Shown here: positions 9,254-19,870 of the stretch, piece after piece | How positions within the stretch are numbered: the first letter of the stretch is position 1 | How the letters are laid out: each line of letters starts with the position of its first letter | IMG/VR virus record: IMGVR_UViG_3300037583_000002 | Coordinates: 1 to 55,558 of that record | Strand: one strand, 5' to 3' | From: a virus | Lineage: Duplodnaviria > Caudoviricetes | DNA: 55,558 nucleotides | Program-made: the position numbers and the translations under genes | Notes under the pieces: model-generated | What the model was told of the DNA's origin: nothing | What the model saw: the letters and a program-made list of their open reading frames with translations, nothing else | Database searches by the model: none

Positions 9254-11185
9254 CTAGTAGTGAAGGCCAGACACGTCTTTGAACGTGCTACCCGTCTTAA
9301 ATACGTCCGCAACAATAGCTGATTGCTGCACTAATATGTTATCGTTTACGTCTGGCCTAAGCTCTACGGCGAATGTATGTTCCGCATTGCCTTTAGGAAT
9401 ATGACAGCCCATTTGCACTGTCACCGACCCTTCTTCCTCAACGTTGTGCGAATGGAACTTCTGCACAACAGAGCCATCGAGCCTTAGATAAACGTCAAAG
9501 TTACTCGTAGAGCCACCGCCGCCTTGGTGGTCTAGCGCAATACCACTAATCACAAGTACGCGTTCTTCGGTCGCACCTAAAAGACCAGGGCTGATTGTTC
9601 CTTGGATCAGGATGTAAACCTCTCTAGGACCAACCTCAATCTCGCGATCAACAACGATTACCGTTCGGTCAACAATATCGCCCTCAATATTCTGCGCGTA
9701 TAACGTACCCTCTATCGTGCAAGACTCATCAATCCGCACATTTTCAAGGTATCCACTCTTGGCCGCTACGTTACCCTCGAAGAAGCCGTCACGGGTTCGC
9801 ATGATCCCATCTTGGCTAACTGAGAACCTGTCGCCAATTGTCAACGTAGCACCGTCAATCGAACCACCAGTAATGCTAGGTGATGAGAATGAAAGACCCA
9901 CTTTAACGCGCTCCGCTACGATGTTAGCGGCCAGCAAGTTGTATATCTCTGCATCTTGAATAAACGCTTTGTCTATAACCGTTTTGCCGTCTTTGATGAT
10001 GAACGGGAACACATTTTCATTGCCCCCAGTGACCGCGAAGGTATGCGCGTCGACAACAAAGCTCGTTTGAGTGCCGTCGTTTAGGAAACCCACGCCACCT
10101 TGGAGGCCAGCGACACTTGTTTTTACACCCCATTGCGCTTCATATATTCCACCTTGTGATGCGGTAGTGCTAGCCAATTGCTGAAGGCTTACGTTTGTGC
10201 CGTCGTAGTCAACAGTGAAGTTTCTAATAGCCTGTGCAATAGCCCCTTCCGAGCTACTAAGCACCGTATCGAACTCAGTTATTTTAGCGTCAACTATTTT
10301 ACCGAGGTCATTCTCCCACTTGGATTCAAGCTCTTGGATACGCAGCACATAAGCTTCGTCCGCGTTGACCGCCGCATGTATGCCCCCCGACAGGCGAGCA
10401 TAGTTTTTAGCGAATTGCTGCTGAATGCTCTCTGTCTGCGTGTGCTTTGACAATGCCTCGCTCATAGCTTGCTCGGCCAGCATATCGCTGAGCGTAGCGC
10501 TTCCGTTGATCAAATCAGCAAGCCCTGAGTCACCTAAACCGCTGCCTTGGAGCGTTCGGTTTATGGTGTCCATTATGCTCAGGTCACTGCGCAGCCACTT
10601 AAAGTTGTTGCTGTCCGCGACTTCCTCGCTGAACTTAACCAGCACTTGCTCTGGGCTTTCAGACGTACTAGCACGTGTACCCTCTGGCGAGCTGATATCA
10701 CCCGCTTGGTAATCACGGTTTAAGTGCCTAGCCCAATAAACAAAAGTTCTAGCTGGCTCAACCAAGTCAGAGAAGAAACCCGTTGCCGACGTACCAACGT
10801 ATTCAGCCTCGCTGAACACTGGCGTAGCCGTTAGGTCATCAGTCACATCAACGCGATAAATCTCTGTGGCCGCGTACCAATCGGCCTTTGGCCTATCCCA
10901 CTCAAGACCTACCATGTTGAACATACCGAATGCCGCAAAGTTAGTTGGCTTCGTCGGCATAGGGTCATTAAACGCCGTAACAACACCTGTCGCGGATTTT
11001 GTAGCGACAGACGATAAATCATCAGTACCTATCGCTTTCTTTAAATCTCTGAACGTTACAGCTCGATCTAGCGTGTTACCACGCCCCATACCCGCCTGTA
11101 TTTGGACAGTTTCACGTAACGAGTTAAGGAACTGCGAAACAGAGCGAGATACGTCTTTAGGAACAGGTGGTAAAGCTCGACTCAT
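9254..11185 (-). CDS. Tail protein with DUF1983 (host-specificity J-like) region
   Basis: QWGVKT...GVGFLNDG..SFVVDA.TFAV...FPFIIKDGKTVIDKAFIQDA. Confidence 0.8.
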   Translation of the reverse strand: MSRALPPVPKDVSRSVSQFLNSLRETVQIQAGMGRGNTLDRAVTFRDLKKAIGTDDLSSVATKSATGVVTAFNDPMPTKPTNFAAFGMFNMVGLEWDRPKADWYAATEIYRVDVTDDLTATPVFSEAEYVGTSATGFFSDLVEPARTFVYWARHLNRDYQAGDISSPEGTRASTSESPEQVLVKFSEEVADSNNFKWLRSDLSIMDTINRTLQGSGLGDSGLADLINGSATLSDMLAEQAMSEALSKHTQTESIQQQFAKNYARLSGGIHAAVNADEAYVLRIQELESKWENDLGKIVDAKITEFDTVLSSSEGAIAQAIRNFTVDYDGTNVSLQQLASTTASQGGIYEAQWGVKTSVAGLQGGVGFLNDGTQTSFVVDAHTFAVTGGNENVFPFIIKDGKTVIDKAFIQDAEIYNLLAANIVAERVKVGLSFSSPSITGGSIDGATLTIGDRFSVSQDGIMRTRDGFFEGNVAAKSGYLENVRIDESCTIEGTLYAQNIEGDIVDRTVIVVDREIEVGPREVYILIQGTISPGLLGATEERVLVISGIALDHQGGGGSTSNFDVYLRLDGSVVQKFHSHNVEEEGSVTVQMGCHIPKGNAEHTFAVELRPDVNDNILVQQSAIVADVFKTGSTFKDVSGLHY

Positions 11186-12972
11186 ACAAGCTCCTCCGGT
11201 GATTGCGCAAGCTGAATGTCACGAACCTCTAACTTAGCCGCTTGGCTTATTGGTTCGACAGCCGTTCGCCATCTAAAGGCACGACTGTTAAACGGCAGAT
11301 AGAAAAACGATGGGCTTTCAACAAGCTTCGTATAGGCCACGGTCTCACCGGTTGTGGCATGGTCATACTCCACACGCACTTTTATGGGGTACGTGTTGGC
11401 TCGTACCTTTGCGATATTGAAGCAAACAGGGTCATTGAACAGGTATGTTTTTGACTCCCAGCCTAATTCCATGAACCCATCCTCTGACGAATCGAAAAGC
11501 ATCAACTCACGGGTATCACTATCAACGTAAGCTAGGTCATTTGTCTCCTCTAGCTCAACGAAGGACTCAGCTCTTAGGTCTACCGTTCTAATACCCGCAT
11601 TTGGGTCTAGCGCATCAAACACAAGCGTTTTATCCACCGTCGGGCAGCGAACAAAAACCTTGTTGTCGTAGTTACCAAGTATCATTGTGCTTGGGTCAAG
11701 CTTGCGCCACGAGTCATTGTCTATAAAACCTGTACTCACGTTAGCAATCGCGTAGCCCTCGATACGGTGCAGCCCTGTTTCACTAGTAAAGTAGACAGCG
11801 CCCGCGACCTCAGTCGAACCTTGTGGGCTTGAGCAAGGAACGGGGTCTGCAAGACGCGCCGCGTCAATCGACTCAGGGTGAACACCTTGCACCACATAAG
11901 GCACACCCGTCGTTAGCACAACAAGGTTTGAACCCGAAGTCTCAATTGTCACAATGTCCTCTTGGAATACCTTGTAATACCTGACAGGCCACGCGTAGAA
12001 AGCGTCTGGCTCAGCAAAGCACAAGATACGTTTATTGTGCCCCACAAGAATATCTGAACCCATAACAACGACCTTCTGCATTGGTCCATTCGGGTAAAGC
12101 TCCGTGTTCAAGTCTGGCGCGCCCACCCAATCTTCATTGATAGGTGAGTCCAATAAGTCACCGCTGTACGTTGTGTCCGTGTAGGTGTTCTGTGTCGCTG
12201 GAATTTCAGCAACGAACTGGTAGACAGCCGTACCTGAACTCGCTAGGTTCGTTCTGAATATGCGAATTTTTGCGTTTGTTCCGCGCAATGGGTCAGTAAG
12301 CAAAAGACTATCTGGTGGCGTAGGGAAAGTGAGCGTAACCGCCGTTGTATTTACGTACTCCCATTCTCGGATTTTTACTATATCCGTAGGGTCTGCCAAC
12401 GCGCTTAAACGCCCCCAAGCGTCAACATAGCAGTAAGAGTATGCAACTTCTGAGTAGTCATACTCACTGTCCTCTGGGTCTTGGTAAGGCTTCAGGCCGA
12501 CGATGCCATCACCATCAGTGTCACCCGTTGAGTCTACGCCCTCCTCTTGGGGTTCGTAGTACCAATGCTCAGCATCACCAGTGATAACAGAGTCGATTTT
12601 GTCAGGAACTGGTACATTCAACGGGTACGTAACCGCAGGATAAGGACCACTGCCCTCCTCTGCATTTAGGTTATACACGACCCGTGGTTCACTATTGGCC
12701 GAAGCAAACAGTGCGTAGTCGTAAGCGTCATTCTTGAGTGGCGCATTAACAGCATACGTAATCTCAGGCCATGTAAACCATTGGTCACGGTACTTGTGCA
12801 TAGACTTAGTATCACTACGACCAAAGCTGCCCAATGACGTAGGGAGCGCCCACGGTTCTAAGATTCCCCGCTCTGACTTAGTGTTGTTCGACAACGTAGC
12901 GTAGCCATCTGGCAATTGCTCATCGTCGAACTTAGGCGCAGTGCCTAGAAAAGCATTAAACAGAATTTTCAT
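11182..12972 (-). CDS. Tail tube/nozzle (stabilisation) protein
   Basis: Size, position, AYSYCYVDAWG and FAEPDAFYAWP motifs of 933W-like podovirus tail proteins; start moved to TAATG-coupled ATG. Confidence 0.75.
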   Translation of the reverse strand: MKILFNAFLGTAPKFDDEQLPDGYATLSNNTKSERGILEPWALPTSLGSFGRSDTKSMHKYRDQWFTWPEITYAVNAPLKNDAYDYALFASANSEPRVVYNLNAEEGSGPYPAVTYPLNVPVPDKIDSVITGDAEHWYYEPQEEGVDSTGDTDGDGIVGLKPYQDPEDSEYDYSEVAYSYCYVDAWGRLSALADPTDIVKIREWEYVNTTAVTLTFPTPPDSLLLTDPLRGTNAKIRIFRTNLASSGTAVYQFVAEIPATQNTYTDTTYSGDLLDSPINEDWVGAPDLNTELYPNGPMQKVVVMGSDILVGHNKRILCFAEPDAFYAWPVRYYKVFQEDIVTIETSGSNLVVLTTGVPYVVQGVHPESIDAARLADPVPCSSPQGSTEVAGAVYFTSETGLHRIEGYAIANVSTGFIDNDSWRKLDPSTMILGNYDNKVFVRCPTVDKTLVFDALDPNAGIRTVDLRAESFVELEETNDLAYVDSDTRELMLFDSSEDGFMELGWESKTYLFNDPVCFNIAKVRANTYPIKVRVEYDHATTGETVAYTKLVESPSFFYLPFNSRAFRWRTAVEPISQAAKLEVRDIQLAQSPEELV

Positions 12973-13346
12973 TAATGATACGTCCAACTAACAGGTTCGC
13001 TCGACACGCGCCAGTCGATATGCAGGAACGAATTAGCAAAGCCGAAGCCCTTTGCGCCCAGCTTTAACGCAAGCTCAACAATCTGCATTCGTTTTACGCC
13101 CCACGGCACATAAATATCAAAAGCGACACCTTTGAAGTGTTGACCTGGTTGTTCTTTTTTCGCCTCTTCGGGGTGTCTAGCACAGCGGTAGGCGCTCGTT
13201 AACGCAAGAGGACCAACCTCATCACGAATTTTTTGAAGCATCCGCAGCGCATATGGATCACATTCGTTCTCCACTTCACCTTTGCAGAAGTCACATTTAC
13301 AGCGTAGCTCCGAAGGCTTGAAGTTTTTTGTTCTTGGTTCTGCCAT
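12972..13346 (-). CDS. Peptidase M15 family endolysin
   Basis: NF..SELRCKC, TSAYRC..H, QH..G.AFDI, FLHID Zn-peptidase motifs. Confidence 0.88.
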   Translation of the reverse strand: MAEPRTKNFKPSELRCKCDFCKGEVENECDPYALRMLQKIRDEVGPLALTSAYRCARHPEEAKKEQPGQHFKGVAFDIYVPWGVKRMQIVELALKLGAKGFGFANSFLHIDWRVSSEPVSWTYH

Positions 13347-13348
13347 GA

Positions 13349-13404
13349 AAAAGCCCCATAAATATTAGTGTTACTTATGGGGCATTATAACAGTATTACT
13401 GTTT
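13349..13404 (-). promoter_or_regulatory. Endolysin control region: operator pair, extended -10 promoter, terminator/RBS hairpin
   Basis: Operators 13363-13379 and 13388-13404; TGtTATAAT; GCCCCATAA/TTATGGGGC stem plus T5 directly before ATG. Confidence 0.75.
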
Positions 13405-16400
13405 TATTTAATTAAATTCTTGACCGACTCGTTGATAGGCTTAGCCATCCAAGGTATCTGGTTAGCCAGCGGCACAACACGGCTCGGCTGCATTTCAAGT
13501 GTCGCCACATCAACAGCAAACTGAGCGGTTGGTCCCATAGCGGCCACGACAGGGTGATTACCATAGGTTGTACCAGCGTAGATAGATTCGGCCATCGTTG
13601 CGGGTCCGAGTAGGCCAGTAGCCGCGAGAACACTGCCGCCCCAATCCACCAAGTCACGCTCACCCTGCCACTTAGGGCGGCCAAACGGATATCTAATCTG
13701 CTCGCGTATAAGCTCCGCAATTAGTGCCAATGGGAGGGCAACCGCCGCTGTAACGGCTACTGCTTTCCAAGGATCGACACTTGAACTTCTGTCCTTAAAC
13801 CCTTTAGCCAACGACTTGTGTACGTTGTCATAGAACCCGTAGAAGAACTTTTTAAGGGTAGTCACGAGTAAGAAACGCGGATCATTTGCCACAAGCGGTA
13901 GCTGCGTAGAACGTGGGTTAGTCACGGCCTCATTAACGAACTGGTGAACCGCATCACGGTAGCGTTTACCAGCTGGGCTTGTTAAGTCTGCGTCCGATGC
14001 GAATGCTTTAACGTCTGCCGCAGTTACGCCTAGCTCTTTTAAGCGCTTCTCCCCATCAGCCCCATCTTCCACAGCACGAACAAGGTAGCGTTCAGCCGCC
14101 TTAGTCGCTATTGTACGTGTCATTTTGGTCACATAGTTTTGGCCGTTGTACTTGAACACAAAGGCTTGGATACCTTGTGAGATACGACCCATAGTTAAGT
14201 CGTTCATGTTGTACATTTCTTGTAGCGAGTGCTCGATAGCGTCATCGGTGATAATGTCAAAATCGCGAGCGACCTTAAACATTTTCTCTCGCCCTACCCC
14301 CGTTAAAACGCTCTTGGCGTCGTCCAGCATTCCTTTAGTATCGCCACGCATACGAGAGTATGTTGCCGCTACCTCTGGCACACTCGCTAGGCCAGTGAAC
14401 CACAGCACCGTAGCCGACTGAAAAGCTAAAGCAGCAGAGTTAAGGTTACGTAGTATAGGCGACATGTTCATGCCTAAACGCCCCGTAACGCCCTGATACA
14501 ACTTAGCGAACTCCTGACGATTGCCCGTATGCACCTCGCTCTGTATGCGATTGAACTCTGCATTAGAATCCCACTTACCGTTTTTAACGCCGCCATGCGT
14601 CTCATTCCATGCAGCCCAGCTAGTTGACGAGTTAACAAGGCGGAGTAAGTGTCTCGGTGCGTCTGTATCCACGTAGCCACCTTCCTTTAGCTTCTCGTAA
14701 AGTGGCTCTAGCACCCTACGCCCCGACCTTGGTTGATTGCTAAGCTCCGGCCTAATTGCGTACTCTGGGTATCCTCGACCATCCAGTATTGAGTCAAGCG
14801 TGGCCTCTGGGTTCTTAACTCCCGCCTCACGAAGTATGGACAAGAAACCTGCTCTGTTTCGTTCAACAGCATGCAAGTCTAGGTGGACCTTAGATGCTAC
14901 AGGCTTGAAGTTTTTATCATGTTTTCTAACGTACGCATTTAGCTGTGCTATGAAAGCCTCGTACTTCTCACGCTCGGGACTTTTAACCTTGTTAATAGAG
15001 TCCTCGTAGCCCTTCTGAATCGCCTTATTGTCTCCTACCTCCTTGCCAATACGTGACGCGAAATACTCCGTAGCGTTTCGTTGTAGTGCAGTGAACCTGT
15101 CCGCCCTCGCCGCAGCATCTGGGTGAATGCGAGCTAGACGTGTGCGCGTCATTTCAAAGAAACGGAACATAGACTTTCTAGCTAGGCCACGGTTGCGCTT
15201 AACCACTTTCTTTAGCTTGCGGTTTAGCTGAATTTTGCGGCCTTTGCTCAAGTCCGTGCCTTTTCCAACTTCTGTATCCTTGTAGCTTTTAAGCGCTAAC
15301 TCAGCCACCTCTAATTTACGTTTGGCCTCCGCTACTAGTTTCGCCTTAACATCAACACCGTCTGCTGAAACTCTATCAGGCCTCCTTACGGCAAGTTGGT
15401 AATCTGCTTTTGCCGACTCTACACTTTGTTCAAGTGACCTTCTAATAGCCGTTTGCGCTCCGCCACCACTTTTGTCCTTGCGCTTGGTCTTACGTAACAC
15501 GCCTCGCGTACTGTTCGCCGTAGAGACTTCATCGCGGTTCGCTATCTCATCATCAACACGCGCCGTGTCGATAGTTAGCTCCCCACCTTCTTTGGCCGCT
15601 TGCTCAAAGTCCTTATCAAACACTCTATTTTTGGCATCGAGTAGTATCTCATCGCCGCGTTCCTCAGTGATTTTATCCTCGTTCACAGCCTTTGAGACCA
15701 ATGAAGCAATATCGTCATAGGACACTTCATCACGGTACACGTTGCCTATATCTTCTGGCATTAAGTCCGACAGCGTTCGGCTCGACCTCAAGTTGTGCTC
15801 AATCGACGAAGTAAGAGAAACCAGCTCTTTAGGCCGTAAATCACCCACCGCTACGGCGTTCTCAGCAGCTGCAATGATCGTACTGAATTCTGGCTTATCT
15901 GACAGCTTAATGCCTATTCTACGCATCAGAGAGCGCTTATCTCTGTCCACATGCTTAGGCTGGACAACATCAACTTTCGTACTGCGCTTTTTGCCTTTGT
16001 AGTTAAGGCCATTGCGGATAGACCCCATAGTCACAGATGCCAGTTTATCGCCATCAACACGGTACACTACAGCGCTATCGCGAATAGTATCTAGGTTAAA
16101 GCTAAACATTGGGCGGCCATCATCAAGCCGCAGATCGGCCAACGCTGAAATACCACTTAGCACCGCAGTAGCAAGCTCTTCGTTGAGATTTATGTCGCCG
16201 TCATTAAGGTCAATTTTGTCCTCACGCAATGCCCATCGAGTAACAGCGTCCAAGTCAACATTAAGTGGTTTACCCGATTCATTGTCACGTACCACAAGGC
16301 CGCGATCACTTCGCTTCTCACCTGAACGTGCGCGAGCTGACCTGTATAGCTTGTTGTTCGCGAACGAATTACGCGCCGCCGAAGCTAGGCGCTCACTAGG

Positions 16401-19400
16401 TGTCATTTTCACTTCACCAATTGTCGCCTCTTTGGGCATAATCCCCGTCTTTTCTAACAGCTTGCCAAACGCTTCTAAATCATCGTTCTCCAAGTGCTCT
16501 TTGAGTCGGTTAACCGTGCCTTTCGATAAGTGGCGAGTATCTGGGCGTTTTTCTTGGTCGCCATAGGTGAACAATGGTTTGCTCGTATCGAACTGGTCAA
16601 ACTGGTTGTCCTTGGTCGTTTTCTGGTTATCAATAGCCTTGCGCTTGCGGGTTCGCTTAGGCAGGCGGTCCCCAAGGGCTGCTTCGCGCTCTGTAGGTTT
16701 TACAGTTTCGCGCATGAACTTAACAAGAGCCGCGTTATTCATACCCTTGATTTTCTTTAGCTCTTTATAGACGCGCCCGGCCATTTGCGTTCTGCGGGTG
16801 TAGTTGGCCGCAACCTCTAGGTCATTATCGCCGGTGTCCACAACACTCTGAACATCACCAACGTTTCGCTCATCGCCGTTCTCATCACGCTCACTGTACG
16901 CGACTTGCTGGTCTGTACGCTCACCCATTTCACGTTGAGACTTCGTTGCTGCAGTCTCCTCGTACATAGAATCCACCGCCTTGCGGAACGACTGAATGAA
17001 CTCGAACTTATCAACACGCGCCTGTAGCTCATCGATTTGCTTAACTATATCTTTATTATCAGCGAACTTAGCGCGCTGTTTTAACGTGTTTCGCGCAGTA
17101 TTGGACAATTTAGACGGATCAACCGCGTCACCATCTTTAACGAACTTGCGGTACTGGTCATGCGATTCCAGCAATTTACCCATATCACCATCACTGGCCG
17201 TACGTGTTCCAAGCTCTTGCTTAAGATACTCAACCTTGCCCTCAGTGGTGGTCGGCTTCTGCGCTTTCTTCTTCGCCTTGGGTTTATCTGGCTTAGTACC
17301 TTCAATGCTGCTATCAACAATCTTGTTCAGCAGAGAAAGCTTGTCGGCCTCAAGCGAACCTGACGACTCGAAGTCATAGTGTTGGCCTACCTCGGCTAGT
17401 TGTTTTGCATTCTTAGCCACCTCGACAGCGAATATATCTCTAGCGGCCTGTGTATTCTTGCCTTTGCCCTGAATAACACTTCTGATGCGGACTTTAAGCT
17501 TGTCCTTCGCGTTATCCAGCATAGCCATCGCTTCATCGATTTCTTCTTTGCTTGGCTTGCGACCTTCTTTGATCCAATCTGGGGGGCTTTTTACGACACC
17601 TTTTGGCTTTTCTTTAGGCGCTTCACCTTCTGGGATCTTAACAGTCGGCGCGTTCTCAATTGACTTCTCGACTTGCGCTTCTTTCTTGATACGTTCACGG
17701 TTCTTTATTCGGTCGCGTTTGATTTTGCTGTAGTCACGAAACATAGCGCGACCATCGAATTGGTTAGCATTGCGATACACAATGTTATTGAACTCTGGGT
17801 TGATAGACCCTAACGCCGCTCTTAACGCGGTATCCGTGCTTTCTTCCTCAGCCTCGGTTAAACGGTTGCGTTCTTGCTCTGTCAGCTTGAGTTTACCATC
17901 ACGAGACAGACGAACTACTTGCTTAAAGACACGGGCAAGTGCCTCATCACCACGAGCCTTGTCATACCCGCCACTTAGCGGAGTGCTTGCGCCATAGTGA
18001 CTATCAGCGGCGTAGCGCGCTAGTTCCTCATTTGTTAGTGTGCCGTTATCAATAAGCGCTCCTACCTGAGACTCATTAAGCGGCTTACCTTTTGGTTCAA
18101 GTATTTCGCGTAGCTCATCGTAGCGGTCACTGCTTAGGTTTGGCACATCACGGGCAGTTAGCGAATCAAATTGGCCTTGGCCTACGACTCCCGTATCATC
18201 TGTTTCTACCTTGGCGTTCGGTTTGCTTTTAGGGCGTTTTTTAGCTGCGCGCTCAACACTCTGCTCCAGCGAGTCGTCACTCGAAAATGGAACGCCGTCG
18301 TCCTCTACTTCCTCAACAGTGTCAGCCCTCCAGCCATCAGCATTTACTTGTTCGTCCTCTGCATCTGCTCCCTGACGAGCTTGGTTGTACTCGCGCATGA
18401 AGCCAACAGCATTACCCGCTGTAGATGCGATACCACCTATACCACCACCGCCGATAACAGCTCGGATACCCGCTTCAACAGCGTCGCGCGTTTCTAGTCT
18501 CCACTCATCATCGCCTACCTCTGTGGCGATAATCTCATCAGTTATAACTTGCGCCGTTTCAGTAACGCCCTCTGCCGCAGCACCGATTGCCGTAGTGCCT
18601 AAAACATCTTTTAAACGCTTAGCAACAGACGGCTTCGATAGCGCATCCATCACTGGTTTTGCAGCCTCATCAGACAGGCCAGTAGCTTTGAGCGATTTAC
18701 CAAGCACAGCAACGAAAGGCAGTGCATTTAGCGCAGCGCCAGCAGCACCCGATAGCGTCGCGGCCTCTGTGTGCTCACCCTCACCTGTGCTGTCCAAACG
18801 GTTCTCCATAGCACCCGCAGACTGTACGAACCCAGATAACGCGGGGCCAGCGTATAGGCCAGCTTTCGCACCTTTCGTGAGCGCTCGACCAGCGGTAGCT
18901 CGCATAGCCCCCATTAGCCCGACACCCGCAGCAGCACCTGCACCACCTGTCACTGCACCGACTGCCACAGTACCAGCAGTAGCTAACGCATCGACTATAA
19001 GACCAGGGGCGGCCTCGCCTAGAGTTTCGACCACATAGTCTAAAGCATCACTAAAGCCCTCAACCTTGTCTACAGACTCGAATTTACGCTTGTTAAGAGC
19101 CGCATCAACACCGTGCCTACGCGCAATCTCCCGACCCTCGGCAGCCCATTCCTCATTGCCGACCATTTCACCGATATAGTTAAGCGCGCCACCTAGCGCT
19201 GCTTTTGTTTCATCAGTACCACGATCAAATGCACGTTCAAACGTTGAGCGTCGGTCGTACACTTTAGACTCTAAAACCGCATTTTCCCACGGCCTGAACT
19301 CATCGTTGCTCTCACGGATTTTCTGGCCTACTGCGTTCATCTTCTCGTCACTTGACGGAGCATAGCCCAACGCTCGACGGGCAATGCCAAGCATTTCAGC

Positions 19401-19787
19401 CTGCGTGGCGTCGACACTTCTATCTGGTGCAGCCGCACCCGACTCAACCATACGCGACGCAATGTCATTGCCATTCTTATCATACATACGTGACAGTGGG
19501 CGCTTGTACCGACCTCGTTCATTGCCTTTTAAAACGTAGCCACCTTCATCAAGCACACCCTGCGTTACGGCCTGCGCGTCACTTGCGTTTGGGTGGTCGT
19601 CATTACGCCAATCATGCGGCTTTTCCACAGTGTTAAAGCCCTCGAAACGCGCATCTTTTGGCTCACCAATACCGCCACTATCGCCATCCCGTAGCTCAAC
19701 ATCATCAATCGCGTCCTCTGGTTTGTTCTTGGCAAAGTCTCCTCTACGCTCGCCCCTTCGGATCAACTCATCTATGAAATCACTCAT
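13404..19787 (-). CDS. Giant internal virion / DNA ejection protein with N-terminal SNase-like domain
   Basis: About 2127 aa, Gly/Ala-rich hydrophobic segments, third gene of ejection cluster; start placed at MSDFIDE because the longer start reads through a terminator hairpin. Confidence 0.8.
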   Translation of the reverse strand: MSDFIDELIRRGERRGDFAKNKPEDAIDDVELRDGDSGGIGEPKDARFEGFNTVEKPHDWRNDDHPNASDAQAVTQGVLDEGGYVLKGNERGRYKRPLSRMYDKNGNDIASRMVESGAAAPDRSVDATQAEMLGIARRALGYAPSSDEKMNAVGQKIRESNDEFRPWENAVLESKVYDRRSTFERAFDRGTDETKAALGGALNYIGEMVGNEEWAAEGREIARRHGVDAALNKRKFESVDKVEGFSDALDYVVETLGEAAPGLIVDALATAGTVAVGAVTGGAGAAAGVGLMGAMRATAGRALTKGAKAGLYAGPALSGFVQSAGAMENRLDSTGEGEHTEAATLSGAAGAALNALPFVAVLGKSLKATGLSDEAAKPVMDALSKPSVAKRLKDVLGTTAIGAAAEGVTETAQVITDEIIATEVGDDEWRLETRDAVEAGIRAVIGGGGIGGIASTAGNAVGFMREYNQARQGADAEDEQVNADGWRADTVEEVEDDGVPFSSDDSLEQSVERAAKKRPKSKPNAKVETDDTGVVGQGQFDSLTARDVPNLSSDRYDELREILEPKGKPLNESQVGALIDNGTLTNEELARYAADSHYGASTPLSGGYDKARGDEALARVFKQVVRLSRDGKLKLTEQERNRLTEAEEESTDTALRAALGSINPEFNNIVYRNANQFDGRAMFRDYSKIKRDRIKNRERIKKEAQVEKSIENAPTVKIPEGEAPKEKPKGVVKSPPDWIKEGRKPSKEEIDEAMAMLDNAKDKLKVRIRSVIQGKGKNTQAARDIFAVEVAKNAKQLAEVGQHYDFESSGSLEADKLSLLNKIVDSSIEGTKPDKPKAKKKAQKPTTTEGKVEYLKQELGTRTASDGDMGKLLESHDQYRKFVKDGDAVDPSKLSNTARNTLKQRAKFADNKDIVKQIDELQARVDKFEFIQSFRKAVDSMYEETAATKSQREMGERTDQQVAYSERDENGDERNVGDVQSVVDTGDNDLEVAANYTRRTQMAGRVYKELKKIKGMNNAALVKFMRETVKPTEREAALGDRLPKRTRKRKAIDNQKTTKDNQFDQFDTSKPLFTYGDQEKRPDTRHLSKGTVNRLKEHLENDDLEAFGKLLEKTGIMPKEATIGEVKMTPSERLASAARNSFANNKLYRSARARSGEKRSDRGLVVRDNESGKPLNVDLDAVTRWALREDKIDLNDGDINLNEELATAVLSGISALADLRLDDGRPMFSFNLDTIRDSAVVYRVDGDKLASVTMGSIRNGLNYKGKKRSTKVDVVQPKHVDRDKRSLMRRIGIKLSDKPEFSTIIAAAENAVAVGDLRPKELVSLTSSIEHNLRSSRTLSDLMPEDIGNVYRDEVSYDDIASLVSKAVNEDKITEERGDEILLDAKNRVFDKDFEQAAKEGGELTIDTARVDDEIANRDEVSTANSTRGVLRKTKRKDKSGGGAQTAIRRSLEQSVESAKADYQLAVRRPDRVSADGVDVKAKLVAEAKRKLEVAELALKSYKDTEVGKGTDLSKGRKIQLNRKLKKVVKRNRGLARKSMFRFFEMTRTRLARIHPDAAARADRFTALQRNATEYFASRIGKEVGDNKAIQKGYEDSINKVKSPEREKYEAFIAQLNAYVRKHDKNFKPVASKVHLDLHAVERNRAGFLSILREAGVKNPEATLDSILDGRGYPEYAIRPELSNQPRSGRRVLEPLYEKLKEGGYVDTDAPRHLLRLVNSSTSWAAWNETHGGVKNGKWDSNAEFNRIQSEVHTGNRQEFAKLYQGVTGRLGMNMSPILRNLNSAALAFQSATVLWFTGLASVPEVAATYSRMRGDTKGMLDDAKSVLTGVGREKMFKVARDFDIITDDAIEHSLQEMYNMNDLTMGRISQGIQAFVFKYNGQNYVTKMTRTIATKAAERYLVRAVEDGADGEKRLKELGVTAADVKAFASDADLTSPAGKRYRDAVHQFVNEAVTNPRSTQLPLVANDPRFLLVTTLKKFFYGFYDNVHKSLAKGFKDRSSSVDPWKAVAVTAAVALPLALIAELIREQIRYPFGRPKWQGERDLVDWGGSVLAATGLLGPATMAESIYAGTTYGNHPVVAAMGPTAQFAVDVATLEMQPSRVVPLANQIPWMAKPINESVKNLIK

Positions 19788-19793
19788 ACTTAT

Positions 19794-19870
19794 AAAAAAA
19801 TCCCTAACACAATTAAGTGATAGGGATTTTAACATTATTACTACTATGTTTTTTAGTAGTGCTACTAATT
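19794..19870 (-). promoter_or_regulatory. Operator pair, extended -10 promoter and terminator hairpin upstream of giant gene
   Basis: Operators 19830-19846 and 19854-19870; TGtTAAAAT; AAAATCCCTATCAC/GTGTTAGGGATTTT stem plus T-run. Confidence 0.7.
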
